DNA of 64,000 nt. It comes from Candidatus Multivoradales bacterium. GTDB lineage: Bacteria > Acidobacteriota > Thermoanaerobaculia > Multivoradales > J023. This document shows, one piece after another, positions 21,195 to 30,826 of the stretch. The DNA lies in the NCBI GenBank assembly GCA_965248925.1, contig CBDFLE010000006.1, forward strand, positions 2,848,001 to 2,912,000, given 5' to 3'. Each line of letters begins with the position of its first letter. Positions within the stretch are counted from its first letter, which is position 1. Under the pieces are notes generated by a model. The model was not told where the DNA came from. It did not search any database and saw only the letters and a program-made list of their open reading frames with translations. Both the position numbers and the translations under genes were made by a program.

Positions 21195-22016
21195 ATGGCC
21201 TTTCAAGGGTCGCTGAAAGAGCTCCCGCTGCCGGACATCATCCAACTGGTGTCGGTTTCCGGTAAGACGGGGGTTTTCGCGCTAGAGACTGGAGACCAGA
21301 CGGGAGAGATTTATCTCGTCGACGGAGCCATCGTAGATGCCCGAGTGGGGGATGTGCGGGGGGAAGAAGCGATCTACGAACTAGCCATCTGGCAAGAAGG
21401 CGAGTTCCTCTTCAATCCCGGAATTAAGGCCGAAGAGCGTACGGTCAGCAAGACCAACACCAACCTCTTGATGGAGGCGGCCCGCCGCATCGATGAGTGG
21501 CAGGTGCTGTCGAAGCGCATCCCGTCGACGCGGGTCGTACCGGTGTTTACCAGTCAGGGTTCAACAAGCTCGGTTTCCTTTACTCCTCGTGAGTGGTCGG
21601 TGATTTGCAAGATTGATGAACGGCGGACCATTGAACAGCTAGCGGTTGTGCTCGGCATGAGCGCTTTTGATGTCTGCAAGTTGCTCTACGGATTGGTCAC
21701 TGCAGGACTGGTAGAACTGCAAGAAAGCAGCAGCGGAGTGCCAGCAGAGCGTCTCGAGAGCTTGGCGACAGCCGAATTGGTTGATGTTGCCGGCAAGATC
21801 TATGAGCAGGCTAAAACCCTTTTGGCCGCCAACCCGGAGAAGCTGCCAGAGATCGAGGCGGCTTCGCGTCGCACTCAAACAGAAATGGAATCCGGGCGTG
21901 GCGCTCAGGCGGTTCTTGACCTGATCAATTCGCTCGAGAAAGTGGTTTCGGCCGCGCTGGGGCCCAATCAATCCCAGCTATTCGTCGATCGAGTCAATCA
22001 ACTGCTGAGCGGTTGA
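21195..22016 (+). CDS. DUF4388 (PatA_N-like) domain protein
   Basis: 'FQGSLKELPLPDIIQL...KTG..GEIYL.DG.IV.A...GEEAIY..W.EGEF.F...LLMEAARRIDEW', followed by a winged-helix-like segment. Confidence 0.8.
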   Translation: MAFQGSLKELPLPDIIQLVSVSGKTGVFALETGDQTGEIYLVDGAIVDARVGDVRGEEAIYELAIWQEGEFLFNPGIKAEERTVSKTNTNLLMEAARRIDEWQVLSKRIPSTRVVPVFTSQGSTSSVSFTPREWSVICKIDERRTIEQLAVVLGMSAFDVCKLLYGLVTAGLVELQESSSGVPAERLESLATAELVDVAGKIYEQAKTLLAANPEKLPEIEAASRRTQTEMESGRGAQAVLDLINSLEKVVSAALGPNQSQLFVDRVNQLLSG

Positions 22017-22104
22017 GGCTCCGCGGGCTCTCCCCTTTCCCTAACCCCGCCAATCGGGTTCTGGGCCACGGACTTCAGCGAGCTGCGTCGAAAGGAGTTA
22101 AGAA

Positions 22105-23259
22105 ATGCGTAAGTCATCCTTGATTTGGGTTCTTCTCTGGTTGTTGGCCTTGCCTGCCTGGGCAGGTTGGGACGAGGGTGTAGCAGCCTTCAAGGCGGGA
22201 GATTTCAAAGCTGCAGAACAGCAATTTCGGGGCGTTGTCAAGCAGAGTCCCGATGGCTATCAAAGCCACTACATGCTCGGTCTCAGCTTGCAGCGGATCA
22301 ATCGCAAGGAAGAGGCCTTGGCCAGCTTGCGTAAAGCCTACGACCTGAATCCCAACGATCTACCGGTGAAGATGGCGCTTGGCCAGTCCTACCGTGCGAT
22401 GCGCCGGTTTGGCGACGCTGCCCAGCTGTTGGCGAAGATTGATGCCTCGACAGTGCCCAGCAATCAGCGCCAACAGTTCTACCAGATGCGGGCCGAGGCA
22501 TACTTCCGCAGCAACAACATGCCGAGAGCTCTCGCGGACTTCAAGCAACGAGCCGCCCTACTGCCCAACGATGCCCAGGCGCAGTACACCTATGGCTCGA
22601 CGGCCCTCAGTCAAGGGCAATCGTCGGCGGGCCTGGCGGCACTCAAGAAAGCTAACTCGCTGGCGCCCTCTGACAGCAAGATCGCCAAGATCTACGTCAA
22701 AGGGCTGATCAAGCAGGGGCAGGTACCCGGAGATAAGGCATCCAAGAAGCGCTTCTATATGCAGGCTGCCAGTATTGCCAAGAAGTTGGCAGCTGCCAGC
22801 CCGACCTACGACCACCTGATGCTCCAACTCTCAGCCGAACTCGGAGCAGGCCTCTATGGCCGAGCAGCTGAGACGGGCAAGGTGGCGATCTCTAAGAATG
22901 GTGCAGACTGGCTACCGCACTACTACGTCGGCCAAGCCTTCACTTCCATCGGTCAGTTTAGCGAAGCGCTGACGCCGCTGCAGACCGCGCTGGCCAAAGT
23001 AGGATCGACCAAAGACAAGAATAGAGTCTACCTCCAACTGGGCTACATGTTCTCGAAGCAGAAAGACTATGCCAAGTCAATCGAGGCATACAATCGCGGC
23101 GGTCATGGTGAGAGGGCTGCTAAAGTTCTGGAGATTCAGGAGACAGATAAATACAACTCCAAGGTGGAGGAAGAGAACAAAGTCATCCAGGAGATGAAGG
23201 CTGAAGCGGCTCGCTTGGAAGCGGAGATGGCAGCCTTAGAGGGTGGCGGCGGCCGTTGA
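22105..23259 (+). CDS. Secreted TPR protein
   Basis: Sec signal peptide (ALPAWA), multiple TPR-like repeats and a C-terminal coiled coil. Confidence 0.8.
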   Translation: MRKSSLIWVLLWLLALPAWAGWDEGVAAFKAGDFKAAEQQFRGVVKQSPDGYQSHYMLGLSLQRINRKEEALASLRKAYDLNPNDLPVKMALGQSYRAMRRFGDAAQLLAKIDASTVPSNQRQQFYQMRAEAYFRSNNMPRALADFKQRAALLPNDAQAQYTYGSTALSQGQSSAGLAALKKANSLAPSDSKIAKIYVKGLIKQGQVPGDKASKKRFYMQAASIAKKLAAASPTYDHLMLQLSAELGAGLYGRAAETGKVAISKNGADWLPHYYVGQAFTSIGQFSEALTPLQTALAKVGSTKDKNRVYLQLGYMFSKQKDYAKSIEAYNRGGHGERAAKVLEIQETDKYNSKVEEENKVIQEMKAEAARLEAEMAALEGGGGR

Positions 23260-23288
23260 TCGCTAAGGCCTTGTCGGATCGGCACGAG

Positions 23289-23310
23289 CAGGGGGTTAGG
23301 CCCCCTGTTC
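23289..23310 (+). terminator. Hairpin, possible intrinsic terminator
   Basis: CAGGGGG-TTAGG-CCCCCTG followed by TTC, just after the TPR gene. Confidence 0.4.
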
Positions 23311-23348
23311 TCATATGTGGCTGGAACATGACGCGGTAGTATAGGAGC

Positions 23349-24599
23349 ATGCACCATCCACTGGCTCGGCCACTCTTGCGCAGGCTTCTGCTGCTAGCCC
23401 TGCTGGCCGGTTTGCATTCTTGCCAGACTTCAGCGGCGCCCGCTGTAGACTTGGCAGAGCCCGCTGAGGCGGCAGCTCAGGTGGCTGAGGAGCGCGCCGA
23501 AACGGCCGCCGGCCCGAACACTGAGCCGGAAAGGCGTGACCAGCTTCTACCACAACTCGACATCTACGTGCCCGAAGGCCGGCTCGATCTTCGTCTCGGT
23601 CGCCTGGTGAAGAACTCACTCTTCGAGGGGCAAATCAAGTACGACTTCGTTGGTGGCGATATCTCGGCATTTCTACGCTATCGCTACTATGGCTATCGCG
23701 CGATCTATCAATTGGGGTTGTTCGATTCAGTGGAATTCTCGGATCTTGGCGAGTTGGACAACGATTTTGAGCGAGTGCGGGGCATCCTCTTCCTGACCGA
23801 GTTTCCACACAGTTATCACTATCGGACCTTCTGTCTAGTAGAAGTCGACCGCTTGCAGAGCAGCAAGGAGGAACTGCGATTCTCCAACGAGCGCACAAAC
23901 ACCTTCGTCCGCCTCGGCTTCCAGCGCGGCACACCCGACGACGAGCGCTCCAACTCGATCGCTGGCGAAACGCGTGCACGGGCTGAGAACCTGCTCACCG
24001 CTCACCGCAAGATTGGCCCTTCACAAGCTGGCTTTACCGCCGCTTTAACCTACTCTTTCGACTTCATCGGCGCTGATTTCGACTACCTTAGATTCGAGTT
24101 CGAAGCCCTCAAGCGATTCGATCTCAGCCCCAGGGTGTTCGCCATAGCGAGAGCCCACGGCGGCTCGTTCCTGACCAAGAAACAGGTCCGAGAAGGCACC
24201 GACATCCCCTTGCCTGACCGATTCTCGATTCCCCGCAGCGAGCTCTTTCGCCTCGACGGCCGGGAAAACCTGAAAGGGGTTGAACAGAAGATCTTCGGCA
24301 CCGAGGAGTTTCACACCACCTTAGAGCTCTTCGTGCCGTGGTTCATTGACCGCTCCCGGAGCTTCTTGGGCCTCGATTGGCAAAACTTCTATTGGGTGCT
24401 CTATGGTGGCGCTGGTATTGCGGGATTTGACAGCGAAGTGTTCAGCGACTTCGACAACTACATCCCAGATGCGGGGCTTGGGTTCGAAGCCTCGTTCAAG
24501 CTCCGCGATTACACCTTCTTTCTCGGTGCCATCGTTGCTGAGGCGCTGCGTGGAGCGGGCGGTGTGGAAACTCACCTGGTGTTGAAGTCCTATCACTGA
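23349..24599 (+). CDS. Outer-membrane beta-barrel protein, Omp85/BamA surface-antigen-like, apparently without POTRA domains
   Basis: Signal peptide with a lipobox-like LHSC. Alternating aromatic beta strands. 'FRLDGRENLKGV' resembles the Omp85 loop-6 motif, and 'DAGLGF' lies near the C-terminus. Confidence 0.55.
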   Translation: MHHPLARPLLRRLLLLALLAGLHSCQTSAAPAVDLAEPAEAAAQVAEERAETAAGPNTEPERRDQLLPQLDIYVPEGRLDLRLGRLVKNSLFEGQIKYDFVGGDISAFLRYRYYGYRAIYQLGLFDSVEFSDLGELDNDFERVRGILFLTEFPHSYHYRTFCLVEVDRLQSSKEELRFSNERTNTFVRLGFQRGTPDDERSNSIAGETRARAENLLTAHRKIGPSQAGFTAALTYSFDFIGADFDYLRFEFEALKRFDLSPRVFAIARAHGGSFLTKKQVREGTDIPLPDRFSIPRSELFRLDGRENLKGVEQKIFGTEEFHTTLELFVPWFIDRSRSFLGLDWQNFYWVLYGGAGIAGFDSEVFSDFDNYIPDAGLGFEASFKLRDYTFFLGAIVAEALRGAGGVETHLVLKSYH

Positions 24600-24636
24600 G
24601 AATTTCTCAGCCCCCCGGCAGACCGGGCCGGTGCAA

Positions 24637-25560
24637 CTAATCCGCGTCAGCCTTGTCATCGACGCTACCGAGATCCTCGCGGTGCAGGGATGCCACCGCG
24701 CCCACCAAGCCGGCCAAGCCGCCGAGGCCGATCAAGGCCATCGATTGTAGTGGGCGGAGGAACTCAGTGGCCATGACCGAAGCCATCGCTCGGCCCTCTG
24801 TTTGGCCAAGAAGCGCCAGGTGACCGCTCCACAAGGCGATCAGCGCCAGCACCGCGCCGGCCAGCCCCTGCAGCAGGCCTTCAGCATAGAAGGGGCCACG
24901 AATGAAAAACTCGGTGGCGCCTACCAACCGCATGACCGCGATCTCCTCCCGATACAGATAAACCGTCAAGCGAATGACGCTGGCAATAGTGAAAACGGCC
25001 GTGCCGAGCAGAATTCCGCCCAGCAACAAGCCCAGTCCCCGCAACACCAGAATGACGGCTTGCAGCTGCGCCAACCAATCGCGATCATCGTCTACCATCG
25101 ACACTGCAGGGTCCGCTCGCAGGTCGCCCAGCCAGGCAGCTAGGGCGGCCGGTTCGACCTCTGCCCAGTGCAGCCGAGCCTCGAACGATGGCGGCAGCGG
25201 CTCATCGCTCCAGCCATCCAGCAGATCCGCCATACTGGGGAAGGTCTGACGAAAGCGCTCTCCCGCCTCCTCGGCGCTGACTGCTCTGAGTTCAACCACC
25301 CACGGAGGCTGGCTCGCCTGCGCGTGGACGCGATCGAAAGCGTCCAAGTCAGTATCTGGCTGTAGATAGACCACGATCCGGCTCTTCCCCTGCCAGTGGT
25401 CGATCTGCCGCTGTAGGTTGGTGCTGATAAGAAGAAAAACGCCCGCCAGAAAGATGCTGACCGTGATCGTCAGCAGCGCCAGCAGGCTGATTCTCCAGCC
25501 TCGGACCAAGCTGAGCAGGGCCTCGCGAGCGAAGTAGGCAAGGGCCTGAGAAAAACTCAA
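24637..25560 (-). CDS. ftsX: Cell division permease FtsX
   Basis: Four TM segments, LPPSFE, and EIAVMRLVGATEFFIRGPF..EG; overlaps ftsE. Confidence 0.9.
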   Translation of the reverse strand: MSFSQALAYFAREALLSLVRGWRISLLALLTITVSIFLAGVFLLISTNLQRQIDHWQGKSRIVVYLQPDTDLDAFDRVHAQASQPPWVVELRAVSAEEAGERFRQTFPSMADLLDGWSDEPLPPSFEARLHWAEVEPAALAAWLGDLRADPAVSMVDDDRDWLAQLQAVILVLRGLGLLLGGILLGTAVFTIASVIRLTVYLYREEIAVMRLVGATEFFIRGPFYAEGLLQGLAGAVLALIALWSGHLALLGQTEGRAMASVMATEFLRPLQSMALIGLGGLAGLVGAVASLHREDLGSVDDKADAD

Positions 25561-26321
25561 GAATCGGCCCCTGCGTCGACCGCCTCCGTTTCAGAGTCGG
25601 CCTGTGAGCGCTCGCCGCCTGCGGTGGAGGCGTGAAGAGAAAGTCCAGGCCTTGCTCGTTCCGCGTCGTCGGCCGCCAACCTACCTCGGTGAAGGGTCAG
25701 TACTCGCTTGCCCAGACGCTCAATTATGCTGCGGTCATGGGTTGCTAGCACCACCGTACTCCCCTGGCTTTGAATCTCCAGTAGCAGCTTGAGGATCTCG
25801 ATCGACAACTGTGGGTCGAGGTTGCCTGTAGGCTCGTCGGCAAGCAGGATGTCAGGGCTGTTGATCAGCGCGCGCGCAATCGCCACTCGCTGTTGCTCAC
25901 CTCCCGACAGCTGCCGCGGATAGGCGCTCATGCGATGGGCGAGCCCTACCCGGCGCAGGGTCTGGTAAGCCAACTGCTTCTGCTTGCGCGAGTTCAGCCC
26001 AAGCACTTTTGGCAAATAGCCAACATTCTCGAAAACCGTTTTTCGCGGAATCAAGCGAAAGTCCTGGAAGATCACGCCAATGGTGCGGCGCAGGTAGGGG
26101 ATCTTGCGCCTTGGGAGCGAGGATACGTTGCGGCCGTTGACGAGGATGTGCCCCGAGCTTGGTACCTCTTCTCGATAGATCAACTTGAGAAAAGTCGACT
26201 TGCCCGCACCACTCGGACCGGTCAAGAAGACCAACTGTCCACGCGGAATCTTCAGGGTGACATCGGCGAGACCAACTTGCCCTCCGGGGTAGCGCTTAGA
26301 AATGTTGAAGAACTCGATCAA
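25557..26321 (-). CDS. ftsE: Cell division ATP-binding protein FtsE
   Basis: [40 protein letters not shown] and [11 protein letters not shown] start inferred. Confidence 0.93.
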   Translation of the reverse strand: MIEFFNISKRYPGGQVGLADVTLKIPRGQLVFLTGPSGAGKSTFLKLIYREEVPSSGHILVNGRNVSSLPRRKIPYLRRTIGVIFQDFRLIPRKTVFENVGYLPKVLGLNSRKQKQLAYQTLRRVGLAHRMSAYPRQLSGGEQQRVAIARALINSPDILLADEPTGNLDPQLSIEILKLLLEIQSQGSTVVLATHDRSIIERLGKRVLTLHRGRLAADDAERARPGLSLHASTAGGERSQADSETEAVDAGADS

Positions 26322-26349
26322 GACTGCCTGCAACTTTCCCCAGACAGCC

Positions 26350-27810
26350 TTAGTCGCCACTCTGAGCGAGTAGCTCGCGCACCAACTGCTGTACCGTCTG
26401 TGGCTCGGCGCGGCCGCGAGAAAGCCTCATCACTTGGCCCACAAAGAAGCTCTGCAACTTCTCTTTGCCGGCGCGAAAATCCGTTGCTTGCTGGGGATTG
26501 TCAGAGATCGCTTGCTCCACCCAAGAGCGCAACTGTGGCACATCGCTGACCTGCAGCAGCCCCAGCCGCTGCGCGGCTGCTAGCGGTTCTTCGCCACTAC
26601 CCCACAATGCCGCCAACACCTGCTTGCCGGCGCTCGAAGAGAGCTTGCCGTCCCCTACCAACTCCACCAGCGCGACCAGGCGGGGAGTGTCGATCGCTTG
26701 CTCGACGCCGATTCTGCGGTCCTTGAGCTCACGCAAGATCTCGGTCTTGATCCAGTTGGCGATACTTCCGGAACGCTCAGGAAGCAACCCCGCCGCACGT
26801 TCGAAATAGTCGCCCAAGGGCCGACTGCTGCTCAGCAGCCGAGCATCTTCGGCACTGAGGCCAAACCCTTCGCGATAGCGCTGCCGCCGAACCCACGGTA
26901 GCTCTGGCAGCGCACTCCTCATGGCCTCGATCTGGGCTTGATCAAGCCGCAGCGGTGGTAGATCAGGCTCGGGGAAGTAGCGATAGTCGTGGGCCTCTTC
27001 CTTGCTGCGCATCGGAAAGGTCAGATTGCGCACCGAATCGTAGGTCCGAGTCTCCTGAATCACCCTGCCGCCACTCTCCAACAGCTCGACCTGGCGCTCG
27101 ATCTCGTACTCGATTGCTTTGGCGACGAAGCGGAAGGAGTTCAGATTCTTCACCTCTGAGCGGGTACCCAGGGTCTCGTCGCCGAGTCGCCGCACGGAGA
27201 TATTGGCATCACACCGCAAGCTGCCCTCTTCCATGTTGCCGTCGCTGGTCTCGGTGTAGAACAACACCTGGCGCAGAGTTTGAAGATAGTCCTGAGCCTC
27301 ACCGGCACTACGCAAGTCGGGCTCGGACACGATCTCGGCCAATGGCACTCCACAGCGGTTGAAGTCCACCAGGCTGGTGCCCGGCAGCGCCCCTCCCCCT
27401 GGAGCCTCGTGCAGCAGCTTGCCAGCATCCTCCTCCAGATGCAGGCGGGTGATCCGCACCGTCTTGTCGTGCTCGCTCAGCGGCAGCAGGCCATGCTCGG
27501 CCAAAGGGCGATCAAACTGACTGATCTGGTAGCCCTTGGGCAGGTCGGGGTAGAAGTAGTTCTTGCGCGCGAAAACAGAGGTCAGGTGCACCTGGGTGCC
27601 CAACGCCAGGGCGAGCCTAATGCCGAGACTTACGGCTTCACCATTCAGTACCGGCAGCGTTCCGGGGTAGCCCAGGCAGATCGGGCACACCAAGGTGTTT
27701 GCCGCCGCACCGAATCGGTTTGGGCAGCGGCAGAAGATCTTGGTCCTGGTGCCCAGCTGAACGTGGACTTCAAGGCCAATGACCGCCTGCCAATCATCTT
27801 GACGCTCCAT
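26350..27810 (-). CDS. gatB: Asp-tRNA(Asn)/Glu-tRNA(Gln) amidotransferase subunit B
   Basis: IGLEVHVQL, RKNYFYPDLPKGYQISQ, HLEEDAGK, CDANISVR and DYRYFPEPDL motifs. Confidence 0.96.
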   Translation of the reverse strand: MERQDDWQAVIGLEVHVQLGTRTKIFCRCPNRFGAAANTLVCPICLGYPGTLPVLNGEAVSLGIRLALALGTQVHLTSVFARKNYFYPDLPKGYQISQFDRPLAEHGLLPLSEHDKTVRITRLHLEEDAGKLLHEAPGGGALPGTSLVDFNRCGVPLAEIVSEPDLRSAGEAQDYLQTLRQVLFYTETSDGNMEEGSLRCDANISVRRLGDETLGTRSEVKNLNSFRFVAKAIEYEIERQVELLESGGRVIQETRTYDSVRNLTFPMRSKEEAHDYRYFPEPDLPPLRLDQAQIEAMRSALPELPWVRRQRYREGFGLSAEDARLLSSSRPLGDYFERAAGLLPERSGSIANWIKTEILRELKDRRIGVEQAIDTPRLVALVELVGDGKLSSSAGKQVLAALWGSGEEPLAAAQRLGLLQVSDVPQLRSWVEQAISDNPQQATDFRAGKEKLQSFFVGQVMRLSRGRAEPQTVQQLVRELLAQSGD

Positions 27811-27865
27811 GATGGACCCAGTTTAACGTGAATAAGACCGCTTAACCGCCGATCCTTGGGGCAGC

Positions 27866-28981
27866 TCAGAGGCTGAGGTTGCTGCGGCGAAAACCGCGAG
27901 GGTCACGATTCGCCGCGCGCAGCTGGCCACAGGCGGCGCTGACATCGTCGCCGCGCTGCTTGCGCACCGTCGCCAACATCCCCCGCCGTCGCAGGCGATC
28001 GCGAAAAGCGGTGATGCGCGGGCCGGCTGGGCGCTTCATCCAGTCCTCAAGCACCGGATCCGGGTTGAGCGGAATCAGATTGACCTTGGCCCTCAGGCCC
28101 GCCAACAATCTGACCAACAAATCCGCATCGGCAAGGCTGTCGTTGAACTCCTCGATCAAGATGTACTCAAAAGTGATCCGCTGCTTGGTGGCCAACGGGT
28201 AGCGGGCCAGCGCCGGCAGCAGCCTCGCCAGCGGATACTTACGGTTGATCGGCATCAGCCGGTCGCGTCGCTGCTCGTCGGGAGCGTGCAAAGAAATCGC
28301 TAGTTGGGGACGCTTGGGCCAGCGGGCCATGGCTTCAATGCCGGGGATGACGCCAGCGGTCGAGACAGTGATGCGGCGCCAGGAGATCTGCTCCATCAAG
28401 ATCTCCATGGCGGTGCCGAGATGCTCAATATTCAGCAGCGGCTCGCCCATGCCCATGAAAACCAGATTGACCCCCCCACCTTCGGTACCCAGGCCGTCGA
28501 GAGCTAGCACTTGAGAGATGATCTCCCCGGCGCTGAGGTTGCGACCGGAGCCCCAGAAGCCGGTGACGCAGAAGCGACAGGCCAAGGCACAGCCAGCTTG
28601 GCTCGACAGGCAGAGGGTGCGCCGTTCGCCATCAGGTATATCGACGGTCTCGATGGTGGCGCCGTCGTCGAGTTTGAACAGGTGCTTGGCCGTGCCGTCC
28701 TGCGATCGGTGCACCTCAGTAGCCGTCGGTCGGTCGATTCTGAAGCTCTTGCTGAGCCGCTGCCGTAGCTCCTTGCTGAGGTCGGTCATTTGGCCAAAGC
28801 CAGTGACCTGGCGGTGATAGAGGGCGCGGTAGATCTGCTCACAGCGAAAGGGCTGGTCGACGTGGTCAGACAGGGTCTCGGTCAGCTCGCGGCGGCAGAG
28901 ACCGAGGAGCTGAACACGGATGCCCGCCACACCGGTCGCTGCGGTACCGGCTGGGGTTGGCTGAATAGTGGGAAGAGGCAT
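27866..28981 (-). CDS. rlmN: 23S rRNA A2503 / tRNA A37 C2-methyltransferase RlmN
   Basis: CLSSQAGC, radical SAM CxxxCxxC motif, MGMGEP, SLHA and AACGQL. Confidence 0.95.
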   Translation of the reverse strand: MPLPTIQPTPAGTAATGVAGIRVQLLGLCRRELTETLSDHVDQPFRCEQIYRALYHRQVTGFGQMTDLSKELRQRLSKSFRIDRPTATEVHRSQDGTAKHLFKLDDGATIETVDIPDGERRTLCLSSQAGCALACRFCVTGFWGSGRNLSAGEIISQVLALDGLGTEGGGVNLVFMGMGEPLLNIEHLGTAMEILMEQISWRRITVSTAGVIPGIEAMARWPKRPQLAISLHAPDEQRRDRLMPINRKYPLARLLPALARYPLATKQRITFEYILIEEFNDSLADADLLVRLLAGLRAKVNLIPLNPDPVLEDWMKRPAGPRITAFRDRLRRRGMLATVRKQRGDDVSAACGQLRAANRDPRGFRRSNLSL

Positions 28982-29080
28982 GTCTCGCTGTGTGGAGTAG
29001 GACTTGCGGAAGCAGGCCGGCTGTTTCTCAAGCTACTGTGAGAAGCTCTCAGTCAGGAACTCGCAATCAGGAACTCGCAG

Positions 29081-29386
29081 TCAGGAGCTGCGTTGACGCT
29101 TGCCGCGGCGGGTCGGATCGATACCGACCGATCTGAGGAAAGTGACATCCTCGCCGCCAAGGACGAAAACCGGTTCTTGGACCACAGGCCTGCTCCGCGT
29201 CTTGAGTTCGATCTGGGCCCCCTTCTCACCCGCTTGCTTGGGATCGAGCACTAAGAAGATCGAAAAATCCAGCTCCCGAATACGCCGCACCGCCTTGCTG
29301 ACTTCGGCCGAAGAGGCCACCGCATCAACCAGAGCTCGGCTGAGTTCCTGCAACATACGGCGGGCTTGGTTGTCTGCGGGTTTCAT
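29081..29386 (-). CDS. Hypothetical protein
   Basis: 101-aa ORF co-oriented with rlmN, ending in a 'D..FLRS.GIDPTR' motif. Confidence 0.6.
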   Translation of the reverse strand: MKPADNQARRMLQELSRALVDAVASSAEVSKAVRRIRELDFSIFLVLDPKQAGEKGAQIELKTRSRPVVQEPVFVLGGEDVTFLRSVGIDPTRRGKRQRSS

Positions 29387-29630
29387 GGTTTTGTGAACTG
29401 CTCGTACAAGTACATGGCGTCAACACTTACCGTAAGTGAACCCACCCAAATCGAGCGGAATTCGGCGACCGAAACTCAGTCGCTATTATCCCGCTTGCCT
29501 GATGAGGGTGTCAAACAGACCTATTTGCTGCCGTTTTGGCGTCACGGGAAGGTGAGTTGTCGGCTGCAGGGACTGCTCGCTCTTCTGCTAAGCTGTCAAC
29601 AGAGGCATTGGTAGACAGGAGGAAAATGCA

Positions 29631-29810
29631 ATGGGTCTCGGATTAGGTGTCCCAGAACTAGTGGTAATTCTGTTGATCGTAGTTGTTCTTTTCGGCGCCA
29701 CTCGCTTACCGCAGCTCGGTCGTGGTTTGGGCGAAGGCATTCGCAACTTCAAGGGTGGATTGAAGGACGACGGTCAGACAGCTGTCGAATCGGGCAAGAA
29801 AAACAGCTAG
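29631..29810 (+). CDS. tatA: Sec-independent translocase subunit TatA/E
   Basis: Absent from the ORF track (59 aa). Translates as [46 protein letters not shown]..., with an AGGAGG RBS. Confidence 0.93.
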   Translation: MGLGLGVPELVVILLIVVVLFGATRLPQLGRGLGEGIRNFKGGLKDDGQTAVESGKKNS

Positions 29811-29857
29811 TAGAGAGGGAGGCGGCGAAGTCGACCTATGACCCCACCGCTTTATGC

Positions 29858-30619
29858 TCAGCCCCTGAATTCGCGAACCAGGGCAGAGGCTTGCTCGGCG
29901 CTGGCCAGCATCTCCCTTTCCTCGCTCGCCTGCCACAGCCCTCGGTGGTGGCCGATGTAGATCCCCAACACTCGGTCGACAAACTGACGTGTTTCGCGGA
30001 AGGGCGGCAAGCCGCCGAACTTGCGTACGTTGCCGGGACCAGCGTTGTAGGCCGCCAGGGTCAGCTCCAAATCTCCCTCGTATTGGCGTAGCAGCTGGCT
30101 CAAGTAGCGTACGCCGTGGGTCAGGTTGAACCGCGGGTCGGTCAGCTGATCGCGGCCTTCCTCGGCGATATTCCCTGGCATCAACTGCATCAGACCGGTC
30201 GCACCCTTGCCCGACACGGCGGTCGGATTGAAGCCTGATTCCACCTCGACAATCGCGGCGATCAGCAGGGCGTCTATGTCGTAGCGCTCGGCTACCAGGC
30301 GGATCTCGTGGCCGAAAGGCAGACCGCTTAAGGGGCTGCTAGAGCGGTCGCTGTGGCGCAAGCGGAAGACATCGAAGCTGGTAGAACGAGCGCGGATGAT
30401 CTCGCCCAGCGAGCCAGTTGCGAGAACGTCCTCGCCCTCATTTTCGTAGCCCACCCATTGGGCCAGCTCCTCTAGCAGGGCGATCTCCTCCGCTGCCGGC
30501 GGGTTGGCGGCTGGCCGCCTATCGGCATCGTCGTGAGGTGGAGTGCTGACGCTCAGCGCTAGCAACAGGGTCAATATCAACAGAATGCCCTTCATTGGTG
30601 GGGCTTTCGTATAGGTCAT
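29858..30619 (-). CDS. Lytic transglycosylase (Slt domain)
   Basis: AIVEVESGFNP.AVS.KGA.GLMQLMP, LAAYNAG and PPFRETRQFV motifs, plus a signal peptide. Confidence 0.9.
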   Translation of the reverse strand: MTYTKAPPMKGILLILTLLLALSVSTPPHDDADRRPAANPPAAEEIALLEELAQWVGYENEGEDVLATGSLGEIIRARSTSFDVFRLRHSDRSSSPLSGLPFGHEIRLVAERYDIDALLIAAIVEVESGFNPTAVSGKGATGLMQLMPGNIAEEGRDQLTDPRFNLTHGVRYLSQLLRQYEGDLELTLAAYNAGPGNVRKFGGLPPFRETRQFVDRVLGIYIGHHRGLWQASEEREMLASAEQASALVREFRG

Positions 30620-30826
30620 GGTTTGTAACTCTCAAGGCGCGGCCCAGGCACACGGCATCTTTCTAGTGAGTGACGAGGGGGTGAACAGCCGCTGAAGGTG
30701 ATGGGCCGGCCGGGTTTGTCGGGAACCCCGAATGCCTGAACGGCGGGGTTCATTTCAACGATTCAGCGCTAACGCTGCATCCAAGGAACTACCTTCTAAC
30801 AAGGTGGCACTACCCCAGGGCAAACC

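Noticed and set aside
17970-27810. ruvC without ruvAB and gatB without gatCA, as signs of gene loss
   Set aside because: Split arrangements of these operons are common, and absence cannot be judged from one window.
30640-30800. c-di-AMP (ydaO) riboswitch or 6S RNA
   Set aside because: It begins with a similar GCTGAATC but lacks the GGGGGACC/GGGGTGAAT/CCCGTCAGCTAAC elements. It also does not form a 6S-like rod with a central bubble. Retained only as an unknown structured leader.
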